A stretch of DNA of 64,000 bases from an uncultured Anaerolineales bacterium (lineage in GTDB: Bacteria; Chloroflexota; Anaerolineae; B4-G1; SLSP01). The notes beneath the pieces are model-generated. The model worked only from the letters and a program-made list of their open reading frames with translations. It ran no database searches and was not told where the DNA came from. The DNA lies in NCBI GenBank assembly GCA_964501335.1, contig CAZCTC010000010.1, positions 1 through 64,000 on the forward strand. Reading direction: 5' to 3'. Of the stretch, positions 49,627 through 58,580 are shown one piece after another; within the stretch, counting starts at the first letter, position 1; each line of letters opens with the position of its first letter. Both the position numbers and the translations under genes were made by a program.

Positions 49627-49966
49627 TGATGTGGCCAGCCGCCGGCTGGTCACTTACATTTTGGAGCGGCATCAACACATTCCAATTCCTGCCTGTAGTG
49701 CGCAGGAAGCTCTGGAATGGCTGGAGGAGAATTGTCCGGAGCTGGCCGTGATGGATATTGCGATGCCGGTGATGGATGGAATGGCTTTGCTTCATCAGTT
49801 GCGAGCCGATCCGCGGTTTCAGAAGCTGCCGGTGTTGGTGGTGACGGCCAGCAGTTATGAGGAGGCCCGCGTCATTGCCGGTGTGGAAGGCGCGAATGGT
49901 TTTTTGACGAAGCCGATCAGTTCGCAGGACCTTCTGGAAGCGGTTGAGCGGCTTTTATCTCGATAA
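49601..49966 (+). CDS. Stand-alone response-regulator receiver (REC) protein
   Basis: ILVVDDD..AVMDIAMPVMDG..TKP. Start taken at MATIL (GGAAGGA upstream). Overlaps the kinase 3' end. Confidence 0.85.
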   Translation: MATILVVDDDVASRRLVTYILERHQHIPIPACSAQEALEWLEENCPELAVMDIAMPVMDGMALLHQLRADPRFQKLPVLVVTASSYEEARVIAGVEGANGFLTKPISSQDLLEAVERLLSR

Positions 49967-49985
49967 CTTTTTCTTTTAAAGATGA

Positions 49986-50034
49986 TTAAGCCATTGGGGC
50001 GCGCTGTCGCAGACAGCGCGCCCCAATGGCTTAA
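49986..50034. repeat. 49-nt perfect palindrome (ttaagccattggggcgcgctgtc-gca-gacagcgcgccccaatggcttaa)
   Basis: Read directly. A 23-bp stem. Lies at the 3' end of the EPS/partner-switch operon. Confidence 0.65.
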
Positions 50035-50082
50035 TTGTAACTTGGGCGGTGAGCCCAGAAAACAAGGCAAAGAAAAACTCAT

Positions 50083-50113
50083 TTTTCGGCGGCTTTCCGA
50101 AGCCGCCGAAAAA
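50083..50113. repeat. GC-hairpin repeat (tttttcggcggc-tttccgaa-gccgccgaaaaa)
   Basis: Same subfamily as 19815 and the truncated copy at the window start (about 40..60). Confidence 0.65.
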
Positions 50114-50364
50114 TGAAAGACAGCACTCTCTTCCCATCCAGCGTGTCGTTTTCTACCAAACAAAGGCTTTTTGCGGGACGCAAGAAACCGAAGATGTGCA
50201 GGCCGAGGGGCGTAAAAGGTACTTGGGGCGGTTTGCCTCTCTTGCAGCTTGGTGTATACTCTACCTTGTTCGCTTACCTGCTGATCGGTAATTTCCCAAG
50301 CTTTTTCATTTGGTGCTGGTTTGGTTTCCCATTAGTCAGAAAAACAAGACCAGGAAAGTACTTT

Positions 50365-51690
50365 ATGGCAAAACCATCCATCGTTTGGAACGTAGAACAG
50401 ATCCTTGCGTTTGCGCCCGATGCCCAGGTGGGGAAGGCGGGACAGGGTTTGACCCGGCCTGCGAAGTGGACCGACCTGGGGTGTAACGAGGAAGCTGTTT
50501 GGGGTCTTCAAAAGGGCTCCGGCAGTGAACCTTATCAGGTTGTAGTGGACCCCGTAGCTCCCGCTTTCAAATGCAGTTGTCCCAGCCATAAAAAACCCTG
50601 TAAACATGCGATCGGTTTGTTATTGCTGGCCCAGAGCAATTTGAAGGCTTTTACTGAGGCCGATCCGCCGGATTGGGTGAAGAGCTGGCTGGCAGGACGG
50701 GCGGCTGCGGCAGCGAAAAAGGCCCGGACGGATAAGTCGCCTGTGGATGCGGAGGCTCAAGCCAAACGGGCGGCTAAACGGGAAGCCAAGGTGCAACAGG
50801 GGATTGATGCTCTTTATCTCTGGCTGGAAGATCTCATGCGCCAGGGATTGGGGTCTCTTTCGAGTCAGCCGACCTCCTTTTGGGAGACCCAGGCGGCGCG
50901 GTTGGTGGATGCTCAGGCTGCGGGATTGGCGCGCCGGGTGCGTGATTTGGAATCGGTGATTTATTCCGGGGAAGGGTGGCCGGCGCGAATGCTGGAACGC
51001 CTGGGACGCCTCTATTTGTTGCTCGATGCTTTCGGGCGTCTGGAATCTCTGCCTCCCGACTTGCAGGATGAAGTGCGAACTCAGGTGGGCTGGAGCCAGG
51101 ATCAGGATTCGCTGCTGAAGGTCGACGGCGTGCGGGATCTCTGGGCGATTGTAGGACAGCGAGAAACCGAAGAGGATCGGCTGCGGGTGCGGCGGACCTG
51201 GTTGTGGGGAATTCAGAGCCAGCGAGGTGCGCTGGTTTTGGATTTTGCAGCTCCCGGTCAGACTTTGGAAGGCGGCGGGGCTCCCGGCATCCTGGTGGAT
51301 GGGGAATTGGTTTTCTGGAACAGCCCTTATCCCCAGCGAGCGATTTTCAAAAATCGGGGCATTTCTCGCCCTATGGATAGGCTTCCCGGCTATTCGGGGG
51401 TGCAGGCGGCTCTCGGAGTCTACGGGGCTGCCCTTGCTGCGAATCCCTGGATGGATCAGTTCCTTTTCCTTTTAGATGAGGTCCGACCTGTGTTGCAGGG
51501 TTCCACCTGGTGGATCTGTGACCGGGAGAATGCTCGCCTGCCCCTCTCCATCGTTCCTCAAGAGGGCTGGCGGTTGATGGGGATGAGCGGGGGGCGCCCC
51601 TGTGTGTTGGCGGGGGAGTGGAACGGTGAAAAACTGACTCCGCTCGGTGTCTGGGCTGAAGGTGTTTTTACCGTTTTCCGAAATGCCTGA
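50365..51690 (+). CDS. SWIM zinc-finger protein
   Basis: SWIM CxCx(n)CxH signature in FKCSCPSHKKPCKHAIGLL. Start reassigned to ATG 50365 (AGGAAAG upstream) because the ORF's 5' part overlaps a hairpin repeat. Confidence 0.7.
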   Translation: MAKPSIVWNVEQILAFAPDAQVGKAGQGLTRPAKWTDLGCNEEAVWGLQKGSGSEPYQVVVDPVAPAFKCSCPSHKKPCKHAIGLLLLAQSNLKAFTEADPPDWVKSWLAGRAAAAAKKARTDKSPVDAEAQAKRAAKREAKVQQGIDALYLWLEDLMRQGLGSLSSQPTSFWETQAARLVDAQAAGLARRVRDLESVIYSGEGWPARMLERLGRLYLLLDAFGRLESLPPDLQDEVRTQVGWSQDQDSLLKVDGVRDLWAIVGQRETEEDRLRVRRTWLWGIQSQRGALVLDFAAPGQTLEGGGAPGILVDGELVFWNSPYPQRAIFKNRGISRPMDRLPGYSGVQAALGVYGAALAANPWMDQFLFLLDEVRPVLQGSTWWICDRENARLPLSIVPQEGWRLMGMSGGRPCVLAGEWNGEKLTPLGVWAEGVFTVFRNA

Positions 51691-51734
51691 CCTCTTTGCC
51701 TCTTTTTGTCTATGTTAAATCCCGGAGGTGAAAT

Positions 51735-53282
51735 TTGAGCCTGTGGTCTGACTATGTGGCTGCTGCCTTGGTGGGGACAGCCCGGGCCGGATTGCCTGCT
51801 TTGTCCAGTCCGACGACCCCTCTGGAAAAATTGGTGGCTCAGTTGCAAGGGCTGCCGCCTGAACGTCAATTGTTGGCTGCCAGTGCTACCGTGGCACTCT
51901 GGCAGCAGGCCGGGGTGGAACCGTTGGTGGCCGGCGATGGGCTGCCGGCTGAAGCCGAAGCCGAGAAGGAATCGTTTTGTTCCAGTCAGGCGACGGCGTT
52001 GTTGACCCGCATTTTGCAGGGGGAGCTCCCGGCGTTGCTTCCGGAATGGCTGCGGCGCTTGCGGGAATCCCACGGGGTGCTGCCGTTGCGGGTGCTGCCG
52101 GAAATGTTGGATATGGCGGTGCAGCAGGCTTATCTGCAGGATGCCATTGTGCCGGTTTTAGGAAGTCGGGGGCGCTGGTTGGCGGCCCACAATGTGACCT
52201 GGACCGAGCTGTTGTTGCCTGAAACGCCGGAAGCTCAGCTGGAAGCCTGGCAAACGGGCAGCCGGGGGGTGCGGCGAGCGCTGTTGCGTCAGGCACGTCA
52301 AGCCGATCCTCAACGGGCCTGGACTCTGTTACATGCCAGCTGGAGCCAGGAGGCCGCGGCGGAACGGGCGTCGTTCCTGGAGTTGTTCAAAGTCGGTCTG
52401 AACTCTGCGGATGAGCCTTTTTTGGAGACGACCCTGGATGATCGCAGCAAGGTGGTGCGGGGGGTGGCGGCGGAGTTGCTTTCTCAGTTGCCTGGGTCCG
52501 GATTGATGCAGCGGATGAAGGCTCGCCTGGAGCCCTTGATTGCGCTGGGAAAGGGGCGCCGTCTGATGAGCGCCGAGAAGTTGAAGGTGACCCTGCCGAC
52601 TGAATGTGATGCGGCGATGGAACGGGATGGAATTGATCCTAAACCACCTTCGGGCATCGGGGAGCATACCTGGCTGTTGTTGCAGATCATCGCGGCGGTC
52701 GATCCGGCCTATTGGTGCGAACATTGGGAAAAAACGCCCGATGAACTGATCCATCTGGCGAAGGACAGCGATGAAGAACGGGCGCTCTTGGAAGGTTGGG
52801 CCCGGGCTGCCATCCGCTGCCGCCGGGAAGATTGGGCCAGGGCGCTCCTTTTCCGCTGGATCGAGAAGCCCTGGACGGCCGTGGCCCTGCGGCAGGCGCC
52901 TTATACCTTTATCGAACAAGAAGCTTTGATCCGGTTGGTGCCGCAGGCCGATCTGGAAGATCGTTTGATTATGTTGTCGGGGACAGCGGTGGGAATGAAA
53001 GATGAAGGCCGTCTGTTGTTGACGATTTTCCAGGGCCATAAACGGCCCTGGGGGGCGGATCTGACGACGGCTTTTATTCATATGATGCGCTCTTTCCTCA
53101 AAAAGAAAGTAGGGGGCTATTGGTATTGGTGGAATGCGCTGGCGGAGCTGGCGCTCTACGCCGACCCCCAACTGGTCAGGGAATCCAGTCAGGGATGGCC
53201 TGAGAATATGTCGCGACAGTCTTCGCTGGATCAGTGGAATTCCATTTTGGAGTTCCGTCGAACCATGAATGAAGCTTTCTAA
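51735..53282 (+). CDS. Large alpha-helical protein (DUF5691-like) of the SWIM/MoxR/vWA cassette
   Basis: TTG start with GGAGGTG RBS. Leu/Ala-rich helical repeats. Sits between the SWIM and MoxR genes. The DUF name is from memory. Confidence 0.5.
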   Translation: MSLWSDYVAAALVGTARAGLPALSSPTTPLEKLVAQLQGLPPERQLLAASATVALWQQAGVEPLVAGDGLPAEAEAEKESFCSSQATALLTRILQGELPALLPEWLRRLRESHGVLPLRVLPEMLDMAVQQAYLQDAIVPVLGSRGRWLAAHNVTWTELLLPETPEAQLEAWQTGSRGVRRALLRQARQADPQRAWTLLHASWSQEAAAERASFLELFKVGLNSADEPFLETTLDDRSKVVRGVAAELLSQLPGSGLMQRMKARLEPLIALGKGRRLMSAEKLKVTLPTECDAAMERDGIDPKPPSGIGEHTWLLLQIIAAVDPAYWCEHWEKTPDELIHLAKDSDEERALLEGWARAAIRCRREDWARALLFRWIEKPWTAVALRQAPYTFIEQEALIRLVPQADLEDRLIMLSGTAVGMKDEGRLLLTIFQGHKRPWGADLTTAFIHMMRSFLKKKVGGYWYWWNALAELALYADPQLVRESSQGWPENMSRQSSLDQWNSILEFRRTMNEAF

Positions 53283-53310
53283 TTAACCATAAAGAACTTA
53301 AGGAGAACTT

Positions 53311-54396
53311 ATGGAGACGAATCTGCTACGCCAACATGCCGAACAGCAATTTGCCGAGGAGCTGCATGAGCTGGCCAGGGTGGACACCCGTGCTCGCCCT
53401 CCCAAGTGGAAGCTTTCGCCCTGGGCGGTAACGACCTATCTGTTGGGGGGCAAGCTGTCCAGCGGCTTTGTCGTTTCGCCCAAGTACATCGGCAACCGGG
53501 CTTTGATGGAAATTGCCGTGGCGACGTTGACGACGGATCGCGCTTTGTTGCTTTATGGGGTGCCCGGGACCGCCAAGAGCTGGGTCTCGGAACATCTGGC
53601 CGCTGCCGTCAGCGGGGATTCTACAATGATCGTCCAGGGGACGGCGGGGACCAGTGAAGAGGCCATTCGCTACGGCTGGAACTATGCCAAACTGCTCACT
53701 GACGGTCCTTCGATCGATGCCCTGGTTACCAGCCCGGTGATGCGGGCGATGACCGAGGGCAAGATTGCCCGCGTGGAAGAGTTGACCCGTATTCCTTCGG
53801 ATGTGCAGGATGCGCTGATTACGATCCTTTCTGAAAAATCGCTGCCGATTCCCGAACTCAATTCGGAGGCGCAGGCGGTGAAGGGGTTCAATATCATTGC
53901 GACGGCCAATAACCGCGATCGCGGCGTCAATGAACTTTCCAGCGCGTTGAAGCGCCGTTTCAATACGGTGGTGCTGCCGGTTCCCAGTACGTTGGAAGAG
54001 GAAACCAAGATCGTTTTGCAGCGCGTGGCTTCGTTGGGCAAGGCGCTGGAGCTGCCGGCGGAGGCGCCTTCAGCGGATGAGGTGAAGCGGATTGTGACGA
54101 TCTTCCGCGAGTTGCGCGACGGCACGACGATCGACGGCAAGACCCGTCTGAAGTCGCCGAGCGGCACGCTGAGCACGGCGGAAGCGATTTCGGTGGTCAA
54201 CAGCGGGCTGGCGTTGGCCGGCTATTTCGGCGACGGCCAGTTGCGGGCTTCGGATATGGCCTCCAGCATTACCGGCGCTGTGGTGAAAGATCCGGTGCAG
54301 GATCGGATTGTCTGGCTGGAATATCTGGAGACGGTGATCAAAGAACGCGATGGTTGGAAGGATCTCTATCGGGCGTGCCGTGAGATGGTGGATTGA
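53311..54396 (+). CDS. MoxR-like AAA+ ATPase
   Basis: Walker A LLYGVPGTAKS, Walker B/sensor region IARVEELTR..ATANN. Size and topology fit MoxR/AAA_5. RBS AAGGAG. Confidence 0.85.
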   Translation: METNLLRQHAEQQFAEELHELARVDTRARPPKWKLSPWAVTTYLLGGKLSSGFVVSPKYIGNRALMEIAVATLTTDRALLLYGVPGTAKSWVSEHLAAAVSGDSTMIVQGTAGTSEEAIRYGWNYAKLLTDGPSIDALVTSPVMRAMTEGKIARVEELTRIPSDVQDALITILSEKSLPIPELNSEAQAVKGFNIIATANNRDRGVNELSSALKRRFNTVVLPVPSTLEEETKIVLQRVASLGKALELPAEAPSADEVKRIVTIFRELRDGTTIDGKTRLKSPSGTLSTAEAISVVNSGLALAGYFGDGQLRASDMASSITGAVVKDPVQDRIVWLEYLETVIKERDGWKDLYRACREMVD

Positions 54397-54479
54397 GGAT
54401 GCGGTGGGCGTGAGCCGCTGCAAAGATGAACGGTACCTATCTGGCTTGCCGATGACACCCATAACAAGGAGGCTGTACG

Positions 54480-56861
54480 ATGGCGCCTTCGGGGAGTGAT
54501 CCTTCTGTCCGGATTTTCGGTATCCGCCACCATGGGCCGGGTTCGGCGCGTAATCTGGTGGCGGCGCTGAAGGCGTTTGCGCCCGACGGGATTTTGATTG
54601 AAGGGCCGGTCGAGGCGAGCGATTTGATCGCCATGACGGCTAATCCCAAAATGAAACCGCCGGTGGCACTGCTGGTCTATGTCCCTGATCGGCCGCAGTG
54701 TTCCGGTTTTTATCCTTTTGCGGTTTTTTCTCCGGAATGGCAGGCCATGCAGTATGCTTTGAAAAACAACCTGCCGGTCCGGTTTATGGATCTGCCGCAG
54801 CAAAACTGGCTGGCTTTGAATCCGGCCGCGGAAGAGGAATCGCTTATTCCCATACTTCCGGCGGAAGGGGAAGCAGCGGCGGCACCGGCGGCTGAGCCTG
54901 AGCCTGAGGCGCCGGCAGCTTCTGTGGACTCGACAGCCTGTGAGGCCGATGGGGGCGAGGCGGTGGATTTGATGACGATCGCGGCTGATCCACTGGATCT
55001 GCTGGCCAAAGTGGCCGGCGCGGAGAGCGGCGAGATCTGGTGGGGGCAGCTGGTCGAGGAACATAAGGAAGAGCCGGAGCTTTTCCCGGCGATTCTGGAG
55101 GCGATGGGGGCGTTGCGGATGCTCGATAAGGACGGCATCCCGACGGCAGATCCCCGCGATCCGGTGGAGCCGCTGCGCGAGGCTTCGATGCGGACCATCA
55201 TCCGGGCGGCTCAGAAAGAAGGCTGGCAGCGCATCGCGGTGGTCTGCGGAGCCTGGCATGCGCCGGCCCTGGTGCCTTTGACCCGGACGGTCAAATCCGA
55301 TCGGGATCTGTTGAAGGGACTGGCCAAAGTTAAAGTGGAGGCGACATGGGTGCCGTGGAGCTACGGCCATCTGGCGCGCGAAAGCGGTTACGGCGCGGGA
55401 ATTTTGTCGCCGGGCTGGTATGAGCATCTCTGGCGGACGCCGCAACATACGGCGGTGAAGTGGCTGGGTCGGGTGGCCAAGTTGCTGCGCCACGAGGATC
55501 TGGATGCCTCGGCCGCTCAGGTGATCGATGCGGTGCGGCTTTCGGAGGCGCTGGCGGCGATCCGCGGATTGGCTCGCCCCGGTCTGACTGAATTGAATGA
55601 AGCGGTGCTGACGGTTTTCTGCTTCGGCAATGCGGTCCCCTTGAAGGTGATCGAGAAGCAGATGATCGTGGGCGAGAAGCTGGGGGAGGTGCCGGCCGAT
55701 ACGCCGGGGGTGCCGTTGCAGGCCGATCTGGCGGCGTTACAGAAAAAGCTGCGGATGCTGCCCAAGCCTGAGGCGGAGACAAAGGATCTGGATCTGCGGG
55801 AGCCGATGGATCTGGCGCGCAGTACCCTGCTGCATCGGTTGAAGCTGCTGGAGATTCCGTGGGGTAAACCGGGACGTTCGGGCGGCGGCAAAGGGACCTT
55901 CCATGAGATATGGACGTTGAAATGGGACCCGGCTTTTTCGGTGGCGCTGGTCGATGCCTCTCATTGGGGCAATACGGTGGCGACGGCGGCGCTGGGGTTG
56001 GCGACTTTCAAGGCTGAGAATGCGCCTAATCTGGGATTCCTGACCGGATTGCTGGATCAGGTGCTGCTGGCCGATCTGCCGAAGGCGGTGGGGCCGGTGA
56101 TGACCGGTATCCAGGCGCGAATGGCGAGAAGCGGCGATGTGGCGGGGCTGATGGATGCGATTCCGCCGCTGGCGCGGGCGATGCGTTATGGCACGGTGCG
56201 TCAGACTTCGGGGACGGCGCAATTCGATTTTAAGGCTTTCAACGAGATCCTCGATGGGATGGTCACCCGTATCTGCATCGGGTTGCCGCTGGCCTGCGCT
56301 TCGCTGGACGACGCGGCGGCGGATGCAATGTTGAGCCTGATCGAATCCACGCAGGAGAGTCTGGATCTGTTGCAAAACGAAAGCTGGTTGACGAGCTGGC
56401 GGCAGGTGTTGTTGCGGCTGGCCGATCAGGGTGGGTTGCACGGGTTGATTGCGGGGCGTTGCACCCGGATGCTGTTCGATGTCGGGATGCTGGATGCGGA
56501 GGAAGTGGCGAAACGGTTGGGCCTGGCCCTTTCTCCGGGCAACGGTCCGGAGGCCTCGGCGACCTGGCTGGCCGGGTTGCTGCGAGGCAGTGGGCTGTTG
56601 TTGTTGCACGATGCGAAACTCTGGTCGATCCTGGACGGCTGGGTGCGGGATCTGTCGGCGGACCATTTTATCACCGTCTTGCCGCTGCTGCGGCGGGCTT
56701 TCTCGGCCTTCACGCCGCCTGAACGGCGGCAGATGGGCGAGCTGGTGGTCCGGGGGGTGAAGAAATCCCATGGACCTGCCGATCTGGCCGTGGATGAGGA
56801 ACGGGCCAATGCCGTGTTGCCTCAGCTGGCCCGGCTGTTGGGCCTGAGTTTGAACGAATAG
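54480..56861 (+). CDS. Large protein (DUF5682-like) with N-terminal TraB/TIKI-like motifs
   Basis: 793 aa. N-terminal IFGIRHHGPGSA..(about 230 aa)..VVCGAWHAPAL resembles the paired GxxH motifs of the TraB/PrgY/TIKI/GumN superfamily. The rest is helical. RBS AAGGAGG. Confidence 0.55.
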   Translation: MAPSGSDPSVRIFGIRHHGPGSARNLVAALKAFAPDGILIEGPVEASDLIAMTANPKMKPPVALLVYVPDRPQCSGFYPFAVFSPEWQAMQYALKNNLPVRFMDLPQQNWLALNPAAEEESLIPILPAEGEAAAAPAAEPEPEAPAASVDSTACEADGGEAVDLMTIAADPLDLLAKVAGAESGEIWWGQLVEEHKEEPELFPAILEAMGALRMLDKDGIPTADPRDPVEPLREASMRTIIRAAQKEGWQRIAVVCGAWHAPALVPLTRTVKSDRDLLKGLAKVKVEATWVPWSYGHLARESGYGAGILSPGWYEHLWRTPQHTAVKWLGRVAKLLRHEDLDASAAQVIDAVRLSEALAAIRGLARPGLTELNEAVLTVFCFGNAVPLKVIEKQMIVGEKLGEVPADTPGVPLQADLAALQKKLRMLPKPEAETKDLDLREPMDLARSTLLHRLKLLEIPWGKPGRSGGGKGTFHEIWTLKWDPAFSVALVDASHWGNTVATAALGLATFKAENAPNLGFLTGLLDQVLLADLPKAVGPVMTGIQARMARSGDVAGLMDAIPPLARAMRYGTVRQTSGTAQFDFKAFNEILDGMVTRICIGLPLACASLDDAAADAMLSLIESTQESLDLLQNESWLTSWRQVLLRLADQGGLHGLIAGRCTRMLFDVGMLDAEEVAKRLGLALSPGNGPEASATWLAGLLRGSGLLLLHDAKLWSILDGWVRDLSADHFITVLPLLRRAFSAFTPPERRQMGELVVRGVKKSHGPADLAVDEERANAVLPQLARLLGLSLNE

Positions 56862-56874
56862 GAGGCCGGGAACG

Positions 56875-58059
56875 ATGGCAAAAGGATCGACCTCAATGGA
56901 AGTGGTGGATGAGCGCACCCGGCGCTGGCGTCTGATTCTGGGCGGCGGCGAGGCCGATGGGACCGGAATGTGCGCCGGAATAGGGGGCGGTTTGAGTGCG
57001 GAGGATATCGGGATGGATAAGGCGCTGACGGCGCTTTACGACAGCGATCGGAGCGCCGGTCTGGGCAGCTCGGCTCCCAATGTGGCGCGCTGGCTGGGCG
57101 ATATCCGCACCTATTTTCCGCAGAGTGTGGTGCAGGTTTTGCAGAAGGATGCTCTGGAGCGGTTGGATCTGAAGCAGATGTTGATGGAGCCGGAGATGTT
57201 GGAACAGATCCAGCCGGATGTCCATCTGGCGGCGACGCTGGTTTCACTCAAGAGCGCGTTGCCGGGTAAGACGCGGGATACGGCGCGGGTGGTGGTACGC
57301 AAGGTGGTGGAAGATCTGGAGCGCCGTCTGGGCGAGCCGCTGCGCCAGGCGGTGCGGGGCAGCCTGGACCGTACGGCGCGGACTTTTCGCCCGCGTTTCA
57401 ATGAAATCGACTGGAACCGGACGATTCGGATCAACCTGAGCCGCTATCAGAAGGATTATCACACGATTATCCCGGAACGGCGGGTGGGCTATCCCCGGCG
57501 GCGCGGGTCGGCGCTGCGGCATATCGTGCTGTGCGTGGATCAGAGCGGTTCGATGGCCTCTTCGGTGGTCTATGCCGGGATCTTCGGGGCGGTGCTGGCT
57601 TCGTTGAAGGCGGTGAGCACCCGGGTGGTGGTTTTCGATACCGAGGTGGTGGATCTGACGGAGATGATTGCCGATCCGGTGGAGATGTTGTTCGGGACGC
57701 AGCTGGGCGGCGGTACCGATATCAATCGGGCGCTGGCTTATTGTCAGACGGTCATCGACAAGCCGCAGGATACCATTCTGGTGTTGTTGAGCGATATGTA
57801 CGAAGGGGGCAACGAGACGGAGATGATCCAGCGGGCCCGGGCCCTGGTGGATTCCGGGGTGCAGATGATCGGGTTGCTGGCGCTGGACGATCACGGGGCG
57901 CCGTCGTACAGCCATCGGGTGGCGGCGGATCTGGCGGCGCTGGGCGTGCCGTCGTTTGCCTGCACGCCGGATCAGTTCCCGCAGATGATGGCGGCGGCCA
58001 TTCAGCGGCAGGATATGTCGATGTGGGCGGCGACGGAAGGGATTGCGATCGCCCACTGA
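56875..58059 (+). CDS. vWA-domain protein (MoxR partner)
   Basis: MIDAS DQSGSM..GGGTD. C-terminal vWA domain, N-terminal helical region. Confidence 0.8.
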   Translation: MAKGSTSMEVVDERTRRWRLILGGGEADGTGMCAGIGGGLSAEDIGMDKALTALYDSDRSAGLGSSAPNVARWLGDIRTYFPQSVVQVLQKDALERLDLKQMLMEPEMLEQIQPDVHLAATLVSLKSALPGKTRDTARVVVRKVVEDLERRLGEPLRQAVRGSLDRTARTFRPRFNEIDWNRTIRINLSRYQKDYHTIIPERRVGYPRRRGSALRHIVLCVDQSGSMASSVVYAGIFGAVLASLKAVSTRVVVFDTEVVDLTEMIADPVEMLFGTQLGGGTDINRALAYCQTVIDKPQDTILVLLSDMYEGGNETEMIQRARALVDSGVQMIGLLALDDHGAPSYSHRVAADLAALGVPSFACTPDQFPQMMAAAIQRQDMSMWAATEGIAIAH

Positions 58060-58070
58060 GTTTTTAGTTT

Positions 58071-58128
58071 AGAGCATTTTGTAAGGGCGCCGGCCATAGG
58101 CCGGCGCCCTTATAAAATGCTCTTTTTA
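58071..58128 (+). terminator. Intrinsic terminator after the vWA gene
   Basis: agagcattttgtaagggcgccggcc-atag-gccggcgcccttataaaatgctct followed by TTTTT. Confidence 0.7.
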
Positions 58129-58141
58129 CTCGGGTGATTAA

Positions 58142-58251
58142 CATTTTAGCATCCCGCAAAAGGCTTTCGTTCGGCTTGAAGCGACGCGCGGGAGGGGGAG
58201 AGAGTTTTTTTGTTTATGTTTTCGCGGGCTTCAGAAAGCCCGCGAAAACAT
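58142..58251. repeat. Composite palindromic element, tandem copy 1 (hairpin core 58216..58251)
   Basis: cattttagcatcccgcaaaaggctttcgttcggcttgaagcgacgcgcgggagggggagagagtttttttgtttatgttttcgcgggc-ttcagaaa-gcccgcgaaaacat. Confidence 0.7.
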
Positions 58252-58281
58252 GGGCTTTTTTTCTGTGCCCCTGATGCCGGG

Positions 58282-58390
58282 CATTTTAGCATTCCGCAAA
58301 AGGCTTTCGTTCGGCTTGAAGCGACGCGCGGGATGGGGAGAGAGTTTTTTTGTTTATGTTTTTGCGGGCTTCAGAAAGCCCGCGAAAACA
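58282..58390. repeat. Composite palindromic element, tandem copy 2 (hairpin core 58356..58390)
   Basis: Near-identical to 58142..58251 (about 130-bp tandem duplication). Confidence 0.7.
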
Positions 58391-58580
58391 GGGGTTTTTC
58401 CTTTACTTGTTTTCCGGGCTCACCGCACAGGTGGGAATTTATTCAAAATGTTTTTTATTCCGGCGATTTTTGACTTCGGCCCAAGGTGGGCTATACTGGG
58501 GGCATATTTATAACTTTGCGACTTATGGCGCTTGTGTGCGTATTTCTTATCTTGTAAGGAATGTAAGGAGGAGACGGATC

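Noticed and set aside
54366-58056. Several 270-390-aa minus-strand ORFs across the MoxR/vWA cassette (54366..55493, 55737..56918, 57244..58056)
   Set aside because: Arg/Pro/His-rich antisense frames. The + strand genes have strong RBSs and domain support.
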